Shown here: piece by piece, positions 37,269 through 46,588 of the stretch | Numbering within the stretch: position 1 is the stretch's first letter | How the letters are laid out: every line of letters begins with the position of its first letter | Assembly: GCA_040753175.1 (NCBI GenBank) | Contig: JBFMEW010000016.1 | Span: 27,732-91,731, forward strand | Direction of reading: 5' to 3' | Length of the DNA stretch: 64,000 bases | Source of the DNA: Acidobacteriota bacterium | GTDB lineage: Bacteria; Acidobacteriota; Terriglobia; Versatilivoradales; Versatilivoraceae | Notes under the pieces: model-generated | Told to the model about the DNA's origin: nothing | Database searches by the model: none | What the model saw: only the letters and a program-made list of their open reading frames with translations | Made by a program: the position numbers and the translations under genes

Positions 37269-37658
37269 CTAGCCGCGGCTGACCCGGCTCATCAAGCCCA
37301 GCAGATTGTTTTCGGAATCGCGGAAGAAGGCCATCCAGAGGTCGTAGCGCTCCATCCGCGCGATCTGATGGGGCGCCCGCTCGAAAACTACGCCTCGCCC
37401 CGACATCACCGCATACGCGCGATGGATGTCGTCCACGGCGAAGTAGATGATGGAGCTGGGATGGTCGAACTCGGGCTGCTCGGGCTTGGACAGCAGGAGG
37501 TTGATGCCCTCGCAGTCGAAGAAAGCCATGTTGGGAACGGTAAAGAGATGCTTCATCCCCAAGCGGTCACGGTAAAAGGCTACCGAGCGCTCCAGATCCT
37601 GCACGGTTACGGCGATCTGACCGATTCGGGACAATCCCCAGGCTGCCCCTTCCGGCAT
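37269..37658 (-). CDS. VOC (glyoxalase) family protein
   Basis: IGQIAVTVQDLERSVAFYRDRLGM .. AFFRDSENNLLGL. SD is GGGAGG. Confidence 0.8.
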   Translation of the reverse strand: MPEGAAWGLSRIGQIAVTVQDLERSVAFYRDRLGMKHLFTVPNMAFFDCEGINLLLSKPEQPEFDHPSSIIYFAVDDIHRAYAVMSGRGVVFERAPHQIARMERYDLWMAFFRDSENNLLGLMSRVSRG

Positions 37659-37747
37659 GGTGCCTCCCGTTCAGAGCGGGCGAGTAGGAGTAGAGAAGAG
37701 CTTCTTTCCTGGCTTGAAAGAGGCGGTGATGGTTGGAGGCCACGACT

Positions 37748-38767
37748 CTAGCGTTCCTGCCAGGATTCCAGCGCCAGGCGCGCTGCTCCGCGGGCTCCCG
37801 CCATGTCGCCGTCGGCCGCGATTTCGATGGACACCCCCTGTTGCTCGTCCCGCAGGGGAAAATGCTCGCGGATGACGCCCAGGAACCACTCCTGAAATTC
37901 CGGCTTGGTTTGCATGATGCCGCCGCCCACGAAAACTGCGTCCAGATCGAGAAACTGCATGGCGATGTCGAACAGCATGCCCAGGGCGATCGCCTGTTTC
38001 TTGAAGATCTGCAGTGCCATCTCGTCTCCGGCCTCGCCAAAGGACCTGACGCGCTTGGCCCTTTCTCCGTTGCTGTCCACGATCTGCCACAGCGGATGAT
38101 CGGGGTATTTCTCCAGGTAATAAGGCAGCAGGCTGTTTCGGATGCCCGTCAAAGAGGCCCAGGATTCTGCGTCTCCCCCGCGCCCGCAGTTGCATTGAGG
38201 GATAGGCTGGTCCGGCTCGAGCAATCCCCTGGTCGGCAGCGGAACATGACCGATCTCGGCGGCAAATCCAGCGGCTCCCACCACCATGTGGCCGTTGACG
38301 ACAATGCCCCCGCCCAGACCGGTTCCCACGGCGGCGGTCAGCGACGAAAACTTGGGATCGCGTCCGAACTTGACGCGGTGACAGTGCAGAGCCGCGGCGT
38401 TTCCATCGTTGGCGTAGACCGTGGGGAGCCCGATGGCTTGCTGGAAGGCCTCCCGAATCGGAAACTTCGCCCAGGCCCGGTGCCCGAAGTTCGTGGAACC
38501 TTGGGCGGAAATCACTCCGTCGGCGCTGGCCGGACCCGGCGTGTCCAGTCCGACGGCTTTGACGTGACTCATGCTGACGCCGCACGTTTCAGCCGCCTGA
38601 TGCAGTGCCAGTTGCATCTGTTTCAATGTTGCCGGAGGACCTTGCTCGACCAGCGCCGGAATCTCCATCATTTCAGTGATGCGAAATTGCCCGCTCTCGT
38701 CCAGGATCGTAATGTTGATCTTGGTGCCCCCCAGGTCCACGCCGGCAAACAGGTTTATGTTAGACAT
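37748..38767 (-). CDS. ROK family sugar kinase
   Basis: ATP-binding GVDLGGTKINI, DNDGNAAAL-like ANDGNAAAL, and a CNCGRGGDAE variant of the ROK zinc motif. Confidence 0.85.
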   Translation of the reverse strand: MSNINLFAGVDLGGTKINITILDESGQFRITEMMEIPALVEQGPPATLKQMQLALHQAAETCGVSMSHVKAVGLDTPGPASADGVISAQGSTNFGHRAWAKFPIREAFQQAIGLPTVYANDGNAAALHCHRVKFGRDPKFSSLTAAVGTGLGGGIVVNGHMVVGAAGFAAEIGHVPLPTRGLLEPDQPIPQCNCGRGGDAESWASLTGIRNSLLPYYLEKYPDHPLWQIVDSNGERAKRVRSFGEAGDEMALQIFKKQAIALGMLFDIAMQFLDLDAVFVGGGIMQTKPEFQEWFLGVIREHFPLRDEQQGVSIEIAADGDMAGARGAARLALESWQER

Positions 38768-38954
38768 GGATGTCCCCCGTCAGGAGTTGATCGCACACTT
38801 CGATCCCGCAAGCGACAGGCGCACCCCGCACGCCGGCTGCACAACAGTGGGGAGTCCCTACGAAAAATAACGCTATTTTGTGGCTCCCAGAAACGTCGAG
38901 GCGCGCCGTCCGGCCTGGCGGTCAGGACCGAACCAGCCGCGGCCGCTTTGACCT

Positions 38955-39149
38955 TCAGAAGCCTTCGTCTTCTTCGGCAAAGAGGTGGTCACGCACGGCC
39001 AGCATCTTGACCATGACCACTGCAACCAGTACCAGGAGGGAGCTGATGACGATCTCCCTTGGAAAGAGGTGGCGAGCAAAGTAGGCGCCGGCAAACCCGA
39101 TCAAACCTACCATGAAGAAAACACCGAGCGTAAAAAGATGCCTGATCAT
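38955..39149 (-). CDS. Small two-TM membrane protein (hypothetical)
   Basis: 64-aa ORF MIRHLFTLGVFFMVGLIGFAGAYF..SSLLVLVAVVMVKML lying between fdhD and ROK on the same strand. The SD is weak. Confidence 0.35.
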   Translation of the reverse strand: MIRHLFTLGVFFMVGLIGFAGAYFARHLFPREIVISSLLVLVAVVMVKMLAVRDHLFAEEDEGF

Positions 39150-39297
39150 ACTTCGTCTTAACGGTTCCCTTCTGCGGTTTCTTGAGCCCTTTATCCGGCC
39201 GGCTCCCAGCCGCCCAAGTTCTATATGTATCACGATCTATTTGCCTCATACCACCCGGAATTTGCCTGCCGGGGTAAGTCGGCTCTCACGGCAACGA

Positions 39298-40140
39298 TCA
39301 TCCAAACCGGATGCGTTCCGGAAACGAGTAAATGTTCATGCGAGATTCGCGAAGAAAGCCGACTAAGGTCTGGCCGCTTTCTTGGGCGAACTGTACTGCC
39401 AGACTGGAAGGCGCGGAAACCGCCGCCACGATGGGAACGCGGCCGGCCAGAGCTTTTTGCATGATCTCGAACGAGGAGCGGCCGCTGACCATCAGGATGT
39501 GGTGCTCGAACGGAGAGTATCCTTCCAGCAACCCCCAGCCGAGGACCTTATCCACGGCGTTGTGGCGCCCGACATCTTCCCGCAAGACCAGCAGATTGCC
39601 CGCAGCGTCAAAAATGGCCGCCGCGTGCAGCCCACCGGTTCGGTCGAAATTCGACTGCGCACGCCGCAGGCGATCGGGCAACTGGAGAAGCATTCCGCCT
39701 TCAATCTGAAACTCAATGTGAAGGGGAGGGAAGTGCTGATGAACGGATTGGATGGTGGCCTTCCCGCAGACACCGCAGCTGGAGGAGGCAAAGACGTGGC
39801 GGGTGAGTCGATCGAAGTCGGGAGCTGCTTCCGGGGCCAATTGGATATCGATCCAGTTGCAGCGGGCCACTCTTCCATCCGACCGGGTTTCCACGACATC
39901 CTGCCGCCGGAAAATCATCCCTTCACTCAACAGAAAGCCCAGCGCCAGTTCGCGGTCCCGGCCGGGGGTGCGCATGGTGACGCTCACCGGCCGGCCGTTG
40001 ACCCTCACTTCGAGCGGTTCCTCTCTGGCCAGATCGTCTCGATCGGGTTCGGGCGCGCTCCCTTCTCGCCACCGCAGCACTTCACGCTGCTGAATGTCGG
40101 TGGCGATCGGACGTCCGGCTTTTGGTCGCGGCATGGGCAT
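39298..40140 (-). CDS. fdhD: Formate dehydrogenase accessory sulfurtransferase FdhD
   Basis: Catalytic loop SSCGVCGKATI and conserved GGLHAAA and DVGRHNAVDK motifs. The ATG at 40140 gives a typical 280-aa size. The ORF-track start at 40293 is probably too long. Confidence 0.85.
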   Translation of the reverse strand: MPMPRPKAGRPIATDIQQREVLRWREGSAPEPDRDDLAREEPLEVRVNGRPVSVTMRTPGRDRELALGFLLSEGMIFRRQDVVETRSDGRVARCNWIDIQLAPEAAPDFDRLTRHVFASSSCGVCGKATIQSVHQHFPPLHIEFQIEGGMLLQLPDRLRRAQSNFDRTGGLHAAAIFDAAGNLLVLREDVGRHNAVDKVLGWGLLEGYSPFEHHILMVSGRSSFEIMQKALAGRVPIVAAVSAPSSLAVQFAQESGQTLVGFLRESRMNIYSFPERIRFG

Positions 40141-40595
40141 GGAGAAGACCCCTCTGACTCGGAGAACGGTGGGCCACCCGCTCTTCCCAGTCGCTGAGTG
40201 CACCGAAAATTGCCATTTTAACATGGTCCGGAGCCAGGGCCTCCGCCGAGCAACGTCCAAGCCGCGCCTCAGTGACTCCACTGAGACGCGCAACCCTCTA
40301 TCCGAAATACGATTTCGGGCCTTTCGGGGGATGGCGGCTTACCTTGAAGAATTCGGAAGCTGTTGTCGCAAAAATGTGCTACAACCTTGCCGTTTCGTCG
40401 CATCGGTTGTGACGCCCGCATTTCAGACCCATACCATTCCATCACTCAGCAGGGCGGAGAGGCCTGTCGGCCACCTCCGGTCAACTGTCGGGAAGCGGCA
40501 ATTTCTGGTGTGACGAGGCGACTAAAGGTCGAGAGAAACCAAGCCAAGAAGCAGCGGCATCGCATCCTAAAACTCATGCAAAAAGGGAGGCAACA

Positions 40596-41222
40596 GTGAA
40601 GAGCTACCTGGTGGAGTTCATTGGCACGTTCTTTCTGGTACTGGTCATTGGACTGGTGGTGATCGATCCGGGGGCGGGAAACCTGGCCCCGGTGGCCATC
40701 GGCTCCATCCTCACGGTGTTGGTCTATGCGGGCGGCCCCATCTCGGGAGCGCACTACAATCCGGCCGTGACACTGGCAGTGTGGCTGCGAGGCAAGTGTG
40801 ACCGAAAGGATGTTCCGCCCTACATCATGGTCCAGTGCATCGGCGCTATCCTGGCCGGTTTCGCCGTGCGACTGCTGAAGGCGGGCTCCCCGGTCAATCC
40901 AATGAATCCTGTGGTCGGCCACGCCCTGTTGGCGGAGGTGCTGTTCACGTTCGCGTTGGCCTTCGTCATCTTGAACGTGGCGACGTCGAAAAAGAGCAGC
41001 GGCAACTCTTACTTCGGACTGGCCATCGGCTTTACGGTGCTGGCAGGAGCTTATGCGGTGGGACCTATTTCAGGTGCTGTCTTCAATCCAGCCGTGGCCC
41101 TGGGCATCACGACCATGGGGCTGAGCGCCATTCCGAATCTCTGGATCTACCTGGTGGCCGATTTCATCGGGGGCGCGGCAGCCACCACCGTTTACAAGCT
41201 GGCCAACCCGGACGAGTTCTGA
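40596..41222 (+). CDS. MIP-family channel (aquaporin/glycerol facilitator-like)
   Basis: Two NPA boxes (HYNPAVTLA, FNPAVALG) and six hydrophobic segments. GTG start is preceded by AAGGGAGG. Confidence 0.88.
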   Translation: MKSYLVEFIGTFFLVLVIGLVVIDPGAGNLAPVAIGSILTVLVYAGGPISGAHYNPAVTLAVWLRGKCDRKDVPPYIMVQCIGAILAGFAVRLLKAGSPVNPMNPVVGHALLAEVLFTFALAFVILNVATSKKSSGNSYFGLAIGFTVLAGAYAVGPISGAVFNPAVALGITTMGLSAIPNLWIYLVADFIGGAAATTVYKLANPDEF

Positions 41223-41283
41223 CGCTTTCGGAGTTCCTTCCATCGACTTAGGGTCTGCCAAGGCCTGAGGAAATGCGATTTGG

Positions 41284-41369
41284 CCTTCTCCCCGCCCGGC
41301 GGGGAGAAGGCTTGGGAAACTGGAATTCTGCCCTCGCCCCGCGCCAGCGGGGAGAGGGCTTGGGAAACT
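41284..41369. repeat. Two tandem REP-like hairpin units (about 47-bp period)
   Basis: Unit 1 spans 41284-41321 (CCTTCTCCCCGCCCGGCGGGGAGAAGGCTTGGGAAACT). Unit 2 spans 41331-41369 (CCCTCGCCCCGCGCCAGCGGGGAGAGGGCTTGGGAAACT). Each can fold as a GC-rich hairpin. A related hairpin recurs at 63914-63938. Confidence 0.7.
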
Positions 41370-41387
41370 CGAGTTCCATCCTCGCAT

Positions 41388-41470
41388 TCCCAATTTGCAG
41401 AACCTGACTTACACAACTAAAGGGCGTCTGGCCCCTTCCCCAATTTGCAGAAGCTTACCGACACAACTAA
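41388..41470. repeat. Two direct repeats (about 50-bp period) CCCAATTTGCAGAA-N8-ACACAACTAA
   Basis: Copies at 41388-41420 and 41438-41470 were read directly. They lie in the convergent intergenic region between the aquaporin and DASS genes. Confidence 0.7.
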
Positions 41471-41548
41471 GCATCGCAGCGAGCACCGACGCAACTCAAC
41501 GTGCCGATACCCTTTCACGGGTCGCCTGATTGGCTATTCCCTTCCTTC

Positions 41549-42997
41549 CTACCACCAGCCCAAAACCTTCCACCAGGCGCAGCCGACCAGGGTCCAGATC
41601 AAGATGTTGGGGATTGAGACGAGAAAGCCAAGGCGCCACCAGGTTCCCTGGCTCACATATCCGGCACCAAAGTAAATGGGAGCGGGCGTGGTGCCGTAGT
41701 GGGTCAATGAAGCCTGGAGGTTGGAAAGATAGGCGAGGGACAGAACGGCCAGGTAACGGGGCGCTCCCGCGGCCAGAATCACCACCAGAAACGGCAGGTA
41801 CATCGCGGTGGCGTGAGCGGTAATGCTGGCGAATCCGTAGTGGGCATAGAAGTAAACCAGGAGCAGAATGGCCAGCGCCAGCCACCAGTGCCAACCTTGC
41901 GTCCAGGCCGCGGCCACCTCGGCAAACCAGCGGGTCACTCCCGAATCTCCCAGGAGTTTGGCCATCTGCACCAATCCTCCGTACCAGATGAAGACATCCC
42001 AGGCCGACCGCTCCGCCAGGATGTCGCCCCAGTCCAGAACGCCGGTTAACAGCAACACGCAGATGCCGACCAGGGCGACGACGGAATAGTCAAGGGAGTG
42101 CCAGGCCGTTGTGAGCCACAACGACGTGACCAGTCCAAACACCGCCAGCATCAGCTTTTCTCCCCTGGACATAGGGCCCAGCCGGTCGAGCTCTTTCCGA
42201 GCAAACTCGGCAGCCGCAGGCGTCCGGCGAATCTCCGGAGGGAAGAGGCGGTAGATGAGAAGGGGAACGGCCAACAGCGACAGGAGGCCCGGCACAACTG
42301 CGCCCAGTGCCCAGGAAGTGTAAGTCAACTCGATGCCCGTCACGCGCTCGGCGAAGCTGGCGATCAACACGTTCGAAGCCTGACCCGTCAGAAACATCGC
42401 GCAAAGAATCACATCGCCCTGGTAAACCAGGGTCATCAGAAAGGCGCCCAGCCGGTTGGCTGTGGGGCCGGGGCGCGAATCGTAGGCTTCGGCCAGGCTC
42501 CGGACAATCGGGAACAGGATTCCGCCGGACCGTGCCGCGTTGGAAGGAATGATCATGGCCAGCACGCCGTCGGTCGCCACCAGCGCGTAGACCAAGCCCA
42601 ACGAGGTGTGACCGATGGAATGGATGAAGAGCAGGGCGATGCGGCGTCCCAGACCGGTCTTAATCATGCCTCGCGACATGAAGAAGGCGGCAAGGACCAG
42701 CCAGACTAACGGATCGCCAAAACCAGCCAGCGCCTGATCAGGGGAAGCCGTGCCCGTCAGGGCGATGACTGCGATGCTTAACAGGACCAGGGCGCCTCCA
42801 GGCAAAGGCTGAACAATCAAGCCGGCGATGGTTGCCGCAAAGATGGCCAGAAGTCGCCAGGATTCGGCTGGAATCGCTGACGGAGGAGGGATCGCAACCA
42901 CCGCCAGCCCCACCCCCACCACGGCTCCCCATCGAAGAGCATGCCTCAGACGCCCGGTAAAAGCGGAACTGCCGGTCGGTTTTTTGGAGTGTTCCAT
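41549..42997 (-). CDS. DASS/SLC13-family anion (di/tricarboxylate or sulfate) symporter
   Basis: About 480 aa and highly hydrophobic, with TGLGRRIALLFI and PSNAARSGGILFPI motifs typical of DASS permeases. The first ATG is at 42997. The ORF-track start at 43063 is TTG. Confidence 0.8.
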   Translation of the reverse strand: MEHSKKPTGSSAFTGRLRHALRWGAVVGVGLAVVAIPPPSAIPAESWRLLAIFAATIAGLIVQPLPGGALVLLSIAVIALTGTASPDQALAGFGDPLVWLVLAAFFMSRGMIKTGLGRRIALLFIHSIGHTSLGLVYALVATDGVLAMIIPSNAARSGGILFPIVRSLAEAYDSRPGPTANRLGAFLMTLVYQGDVILCAMFLTGQASNVLIASFAERVTGIELTYTSWALGAVVPGLLSLLAVPLLIYRLFPPEIRRTPAAAEFARKELDRLGPMSRGEKLMLAVFGLVTSLWLTTAWHSLDYSVVALVGICVLLLTGVLDWGDILAERSAWDVFIWYGGLVQMAKLLGDSGVTRWFAEVAAAWTQGWHWWLALAILLLVYFYAHYGFASITAHATAMYLPFLVVILAAGAPRYLAVLSLAYLSNLQASLTHYGTTPAPIYFGAGYVSQGTWWRLGFLVSIPNILIWTLVGCAWWKVLGWW

Positions 42998-43280
42998 CAG
43001 GATGGGTATCGGCAGAGGGAGAAGCTCCCCAGGGTTCAGATCGTGAAAGCCGGTATAGTACAATCATCGAAGACAGAAGAACACCGCGCAATTCTCAGCG
43101 CCTGCCAACCCGGCCTGCTTGGTTCGCCGGATTCAGGCACTGGCCCTTCCAGAAAGCGGATCGAACCCATCACGATCCGAAGTTTGGTTGCCGCGAATTC
43201 TTTTGGAATGCTAAGGTGGGTTTTGCAGCGCCAGGCCAAGGGCCAGTGTTACCGCTAGTCTTGAGAGGAGTGATACCAGC

Positions 43281-44369
43281 GTGTCAATGATTCGATCGAT
43301 CCTTTACATTCGTGGGTGCTTCGGGGTGGTGTTTTTCCTTTGTCTTGCCACGCCGCTCTCCGCCGCACCCAGGGCCAAGAACGTCGTGCTCTTTCTCGCC
43401 GACGGCGGCGGGCTGCCCACGGTCAATGCCGCCTCGATCCTGGGTTACGGAAAGCCCCGGGCTCTCTACATTCAGAACATGCCTTACATCGGTTTGGCGG
43501 AAACATCGTCGGCCTCCAGCTGGGTCTCCGATTCCGCGGCGTCCATGACGGCCATCATGACGGGAGAGAAGACGCATAACGGAGTGATCTCGCAATCCGC
43601 TGAGGCCGAACGGGGCGTCAAGGACGGCCGGGTGCTCAAGACGCTCCTCGAGTATGCCGAGGAGCGAGGGCTCTCAACGGGAGTGATTTCGAATAGCAGC
43701 CTGGCCGATGCGACACCCGCCGCCTGCTACGCCCATGCCAACGACCGCAACAAACACGGCGAGATCTTCCTGCAAGTCCTCAAGCCCCGGTTCGGCAACG
43801 GCATCGACGTGATGATTGGTCTCGGCCGAAAAAGCGTTCTGGAAAAGACGGCGGCTCTCGGAGTCAACCTGTCCGTCGAACTTCCCAAAAAGGGCCTGTC
43901 TCTTGTGGACAGCCTGACGGCTGTGGCCAATCTGCCTGGGCGGACTCAACGCTTTGTGGCTCTCTCGGACGAGGAATTCGAAATTCCCCGAGCGGTGGAA
44001 CTGGCCCTTCAGATTCTTTCCCGCAATTCGAAGGGGTTCTTTCTCATGGTGGAGTCCAATACACACAGCGAGAGCCCCAAGCAGGACCTCGATCGGATGG
44101 TGGCGTTTGACCGGGCCGTTCGACAAACGGCGGAGAGACTTCGCAGAGACACCCTGATCCTGGTGACGGCAGACCATTCTCACGACTTGCGTCTGACCAA
44201 GGGGAAAAAGGGAGAGGATATCTTGCCCCTCATCAGGGTCAGCGGAGGGACTCACACCGCTGAAGAGGTGCTGGTTTCCGCAGAGGGGCCGGGCGCCGAG
44301 CGGGTGAAGGGCATTCTTCCAAACACGGAACTGTTTCACATCATGATGGGCGCCTTCGGCTGGAAATAG
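43281..44369 (+). CDS. Alkaline phosphatase family protein (secreted)
   Basis: Signal peptide, nucleophile region SASSWVSDSAASMTAIMTGEKT (the canonical PhoA motif is D-S-A), GVISNSSLADATPAACYAH, and metal ligands in LILVTADHSHD. GTG start lies 10 nt after GAGAGGAG. Confidence 0.85.
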   Translation: MSMIRSILYIRGCFGVVFFLCLATPLSAAPRAKNVVLFLADGGGLPTVNAASILGYGKPRALYIQNMPYIGLAETSSASSWVSDSAASMTAIMTGEKTHNGVISQSAEAERGVKDGRVLKTLLEYAEERGLSTGVISNSSLADATPAACYAHANDRNKHGEIFLQVLKPRFGNGIDVMIGLGRKSVLEKTAALGVNLSVELPKKGLSLVDSLTAVANLPGRTQRFVALSDEEFEIPRAVELALQILSRNSKGFFLMVESNTHSESPKQDLDRMVAFDRAVRQTAERLRRDTLILVTADHSHDLRLTKGKKGEDILPLIRVSGGTHTAEEVLVSAEGPGAERVKGILPNTELFHIMMGAFGWK

Positions 44370-44395
44370 GAGGTTTGGAAGCCCCCGACCTCTCG

Positions 44396-45400
44396 CTACA
44401 CCTCAACGGGATGTCCTTCTTGCAGAGCACGTGTGGCCGCCAGGGCGACCTTGAGGTTGGCCAGACCATCCGAGCACCGGATAGGAGGCTCTTTCCCTTC
44501 CACCAGATTGTCGACGAAGTTCTGCAGCTGGCTGACGTAGGCCTGTCCGAAGCGTTCCATGAAATAGGGAACCGTGTCGTGAGAGACTTCTCCCTTGGTC
44601 AGCACCAGGAGCGGGGTCTCGCGAATATAGCCCACCTGCAGGCTGCCCTTGGTGCCCAGGATTTCCGTGCGGATGTCGTAGCCGAAAACGCCGCTGCGGC
44701 TGTTGTCAATCACTCCCAAGGCCCCGTTGCGAAAGCTCAAGGTGGTGATGGCGTTGTCGACATCGCCGATTTCGTCCATCTCCGGGTAAGCCAGATTTCT
44801 GCCGACGGCGTAAACGCTTCTCACCTCGCCCATGTACCAGCGGGCCAGGTCGATGTCATGAATGGCGCAATCGACGATCAGTCCTCCGCTGTGGCGAGGA
44901 TCGAGATACTCGAGACTGGGACGGAAGGGATCGCGTGAGCAGGACTTGAAGACAATCGGATGGCCGATGATGCCCTCATCGATTTTTTTGCGGGCAGCCA
45001 TATAGCCCTTGTCGAAGCGCCGCATGAATCCCATCTGAAAAAAAACGCCCTTTTGAGCAACGCGCTGCTCCATTTCCTCGGCTTCCTGCAGGGAGAGTGA
45101 CAAAGGTTTTTCGCAGAAGATCGCTTTGCCTTGGTTCGCGGCCTCCATCACCACGTTGCGGTGAGTGCTGGTTGGACTGACGATCACCACGGCCTGCACG
45201 TGCTTATCGGCGAGCAGGTCCTGATGATGCTGGTACCATTTTGGAACTTGATGAGCGGTCGCGAAGGATTGAGCGACCGATTCCTGGATGTCGGCAACGG
45301 CCACCAGTTCAGCCTGATGGATTTGCCTCAGGAAATACCCGGCATAGAGCTTTCCCAGACGGCCCAGCCCAACAATCCCGACCTTTATTCTCTGGTTCAT
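44396..45400 (-). CDS. Gfo/Idh/MocA family oxidoreductase (inositol/sugar dehydrogenase-like)
   Basis: N-terminal Rossmann motif IKVGIVGLGRLGKLYA and an EKPL motif (FCEKPLSLS). Confidence 0.85.
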   Translation of the reverse strand: MNQRIKVGIVGLGRLGKLYAGYFLRQIHQAELVAVADIQESVAQSFATAHQVPKWYQHHQDLLADKHVQAVVIVSPTSTHRNVVMEAANQGKAIFCEKPLSLSLQEAEEMEQRVAQKGVFFQMGFMRRFDKGYMAARKKIDEGIIGHPIVFKSCSRDPFRPSLEYLDPRHSGGLIVDCAIHDIDLARWYMGEVRSVYAVGRNLAYPEMDEIGDVDNAITTLSFRNGALGVIDNSRSGVFGYDIRTEILGTKGSLQVGYIRETPLLVLTKGEVSHDTVPYFMERFGQAYVSQLQNFVDNLVEGKEPPIRCSDGLANLKVALAATRALQEGHPVEV

Positions 45401-45478
45401 GGCCCCTCCTTCCTGCGGGGAAAAGGGTTGTGAAGAACGGTACTCTCCAGGTTCCGTCCGCCGAAATCAGGTTGACCG

Positions 45479-46480
45479 TCACGGGGAGGTGGTTTGGGCT
45501 TTGACGGACTGGCTGTCCGGTGTGACCAGGTGGATCTCAACCGGGATGTCCTCCGGCACGCTTTCCCCCTTCGTGAGGCGGACGGCGGTCTCAACCGCCA
45601 GTTGCCCCATCTTCTCGGGGGACTGCGCCACGGTGGCCGCCATCAGGCCCTGGCGAACGGCGTCTCTGGCTTCCGAAAAGGCGTCGAACCCCACCACCGT
45701 GATGCTCTTCGTTCTGCGGGCTGCGGCGATCGCTTCGACTGCTCCGAGAGCCATCAGGTCGCTGCAAGCAAACAGAGCCTCGACTTCAGGGTGGGCTTGA
45801 AGGATGTTTTGGAACACATTGTAACCTTGGTCTCGCTCCCAATTGGCCGTCTGGGACGCCACGATGCGCATGCCGGGATGACCGCGCAGCGCGTCGTGAA
45901 AGCCCTTCAAACGGGAATCCCCCGTCTCATGGCCGGGGATCCCCTCCAAGACGGCCACATTGGCTTTGCCGCCGGTCTTGGCCATCAGGAACTCTCCGGC
46001 CAGTTTCCCTCCTTGGTAGTTGTCCGACCCGATGAAGCAGGCGACCCGTCCTCCCGCGGCCTGCAGTGTTTCTTCGTGGACCCGGGTATCAAGGATCAAT
46101 ACGGGAATTCCGGCTTGATTGGCCTTGACGATGGCCGGCACGACTTCGCGAGATCCGCTTGGAGTCAGGCACAGGGCCGAGACGCGGCTTTGAATCAGGT
46201 TCTCGATAATCTGCATCTGCTTCTCAACGTCGAGTTCGCGTTCCGCGGCTTGCACGGTTAACGCGACACCGAGTCGCTGGGCGGCTTCTTGAGCCCCCTT
46301 CTGCATGTCCAGGAAGAAAGGGTTGTTGAGCGTCTTCACAACCAGCGCAACGGTGGGCTGTGCCTCGGACGGCGGGGGAACCTGTCGGCAGGCGGCCAAA
46401 ATCAGCAAAAGGCAGAGGCCCAGGCCGGATCCGATCCGTGTCGAGCGATTCCTTCGAATGCGGCGCTGAGCAACGTTCAT
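45479..46480 (-). CDS. Sugar ABC transporter substrate-binding protein (ribose/monosaccharide, PBP type I)
   Basis: Lipoprotein-like signal (LLILAACRQ), and VALVVKTLNNPFFLDMQKGA typical of RbsB-like binding proteins. SD is GGAGG. Confidence 0.85.
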   Translation of the reverse strand: MNVAQRRIRRNRSTRIGSGLGLCLLLILAACRQVPPPSEAQPTVALVVKTLNNPFFLDMQKGAQEAAQRLGVALTVQAAERELDVEKQMQIIENLIQSRVSALCLTPSGSREVVPAIVKANQAGIPVLILDTRVHEETLQAAGGRVACFIGSDNYQGGKLAGEFLMAKTGGKANVAVLEGIPGHETGDSRLKGFHDALRGHPGMRIVASQTANWERDQGYNVFQNILQAHPEVEALFACSDLMALGAVEAIAAARRTKSITVVGFDAFSEARDAVRQGLMAATVAQSPEKMGQLAVETAVRLTKGESVPEDIPVEIHLVTPDSQSVKAQTTSP

Positions 46481-46588
46481 GTGGTCGACACCTCCGAATC
46501 TAGAGTGTCCATTGGAAGTGGAAGGAGCTTCCCTTGGATTTGAACGCCCTACGCCTGTACCTATTCTCGCCGTCCGGCCTCGGCCGGT

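Noticed and set aside
37733-39010. Long ORFs lie antisense to confident genes. Examples are 37733-39010 (+), 37671-38585 (-), 49660-51243 (+), 34395-35513 (-), 9270-10187 (+), 14692-15516 (-) and 43674-44339 (-).
   Set aside because: Their Arg/Gly/Pro-rich, low-complexity translations are typical of shadow frames in high-GC DNA. Each is fully covered by a gene with clear family motifs on the other strand or frame.
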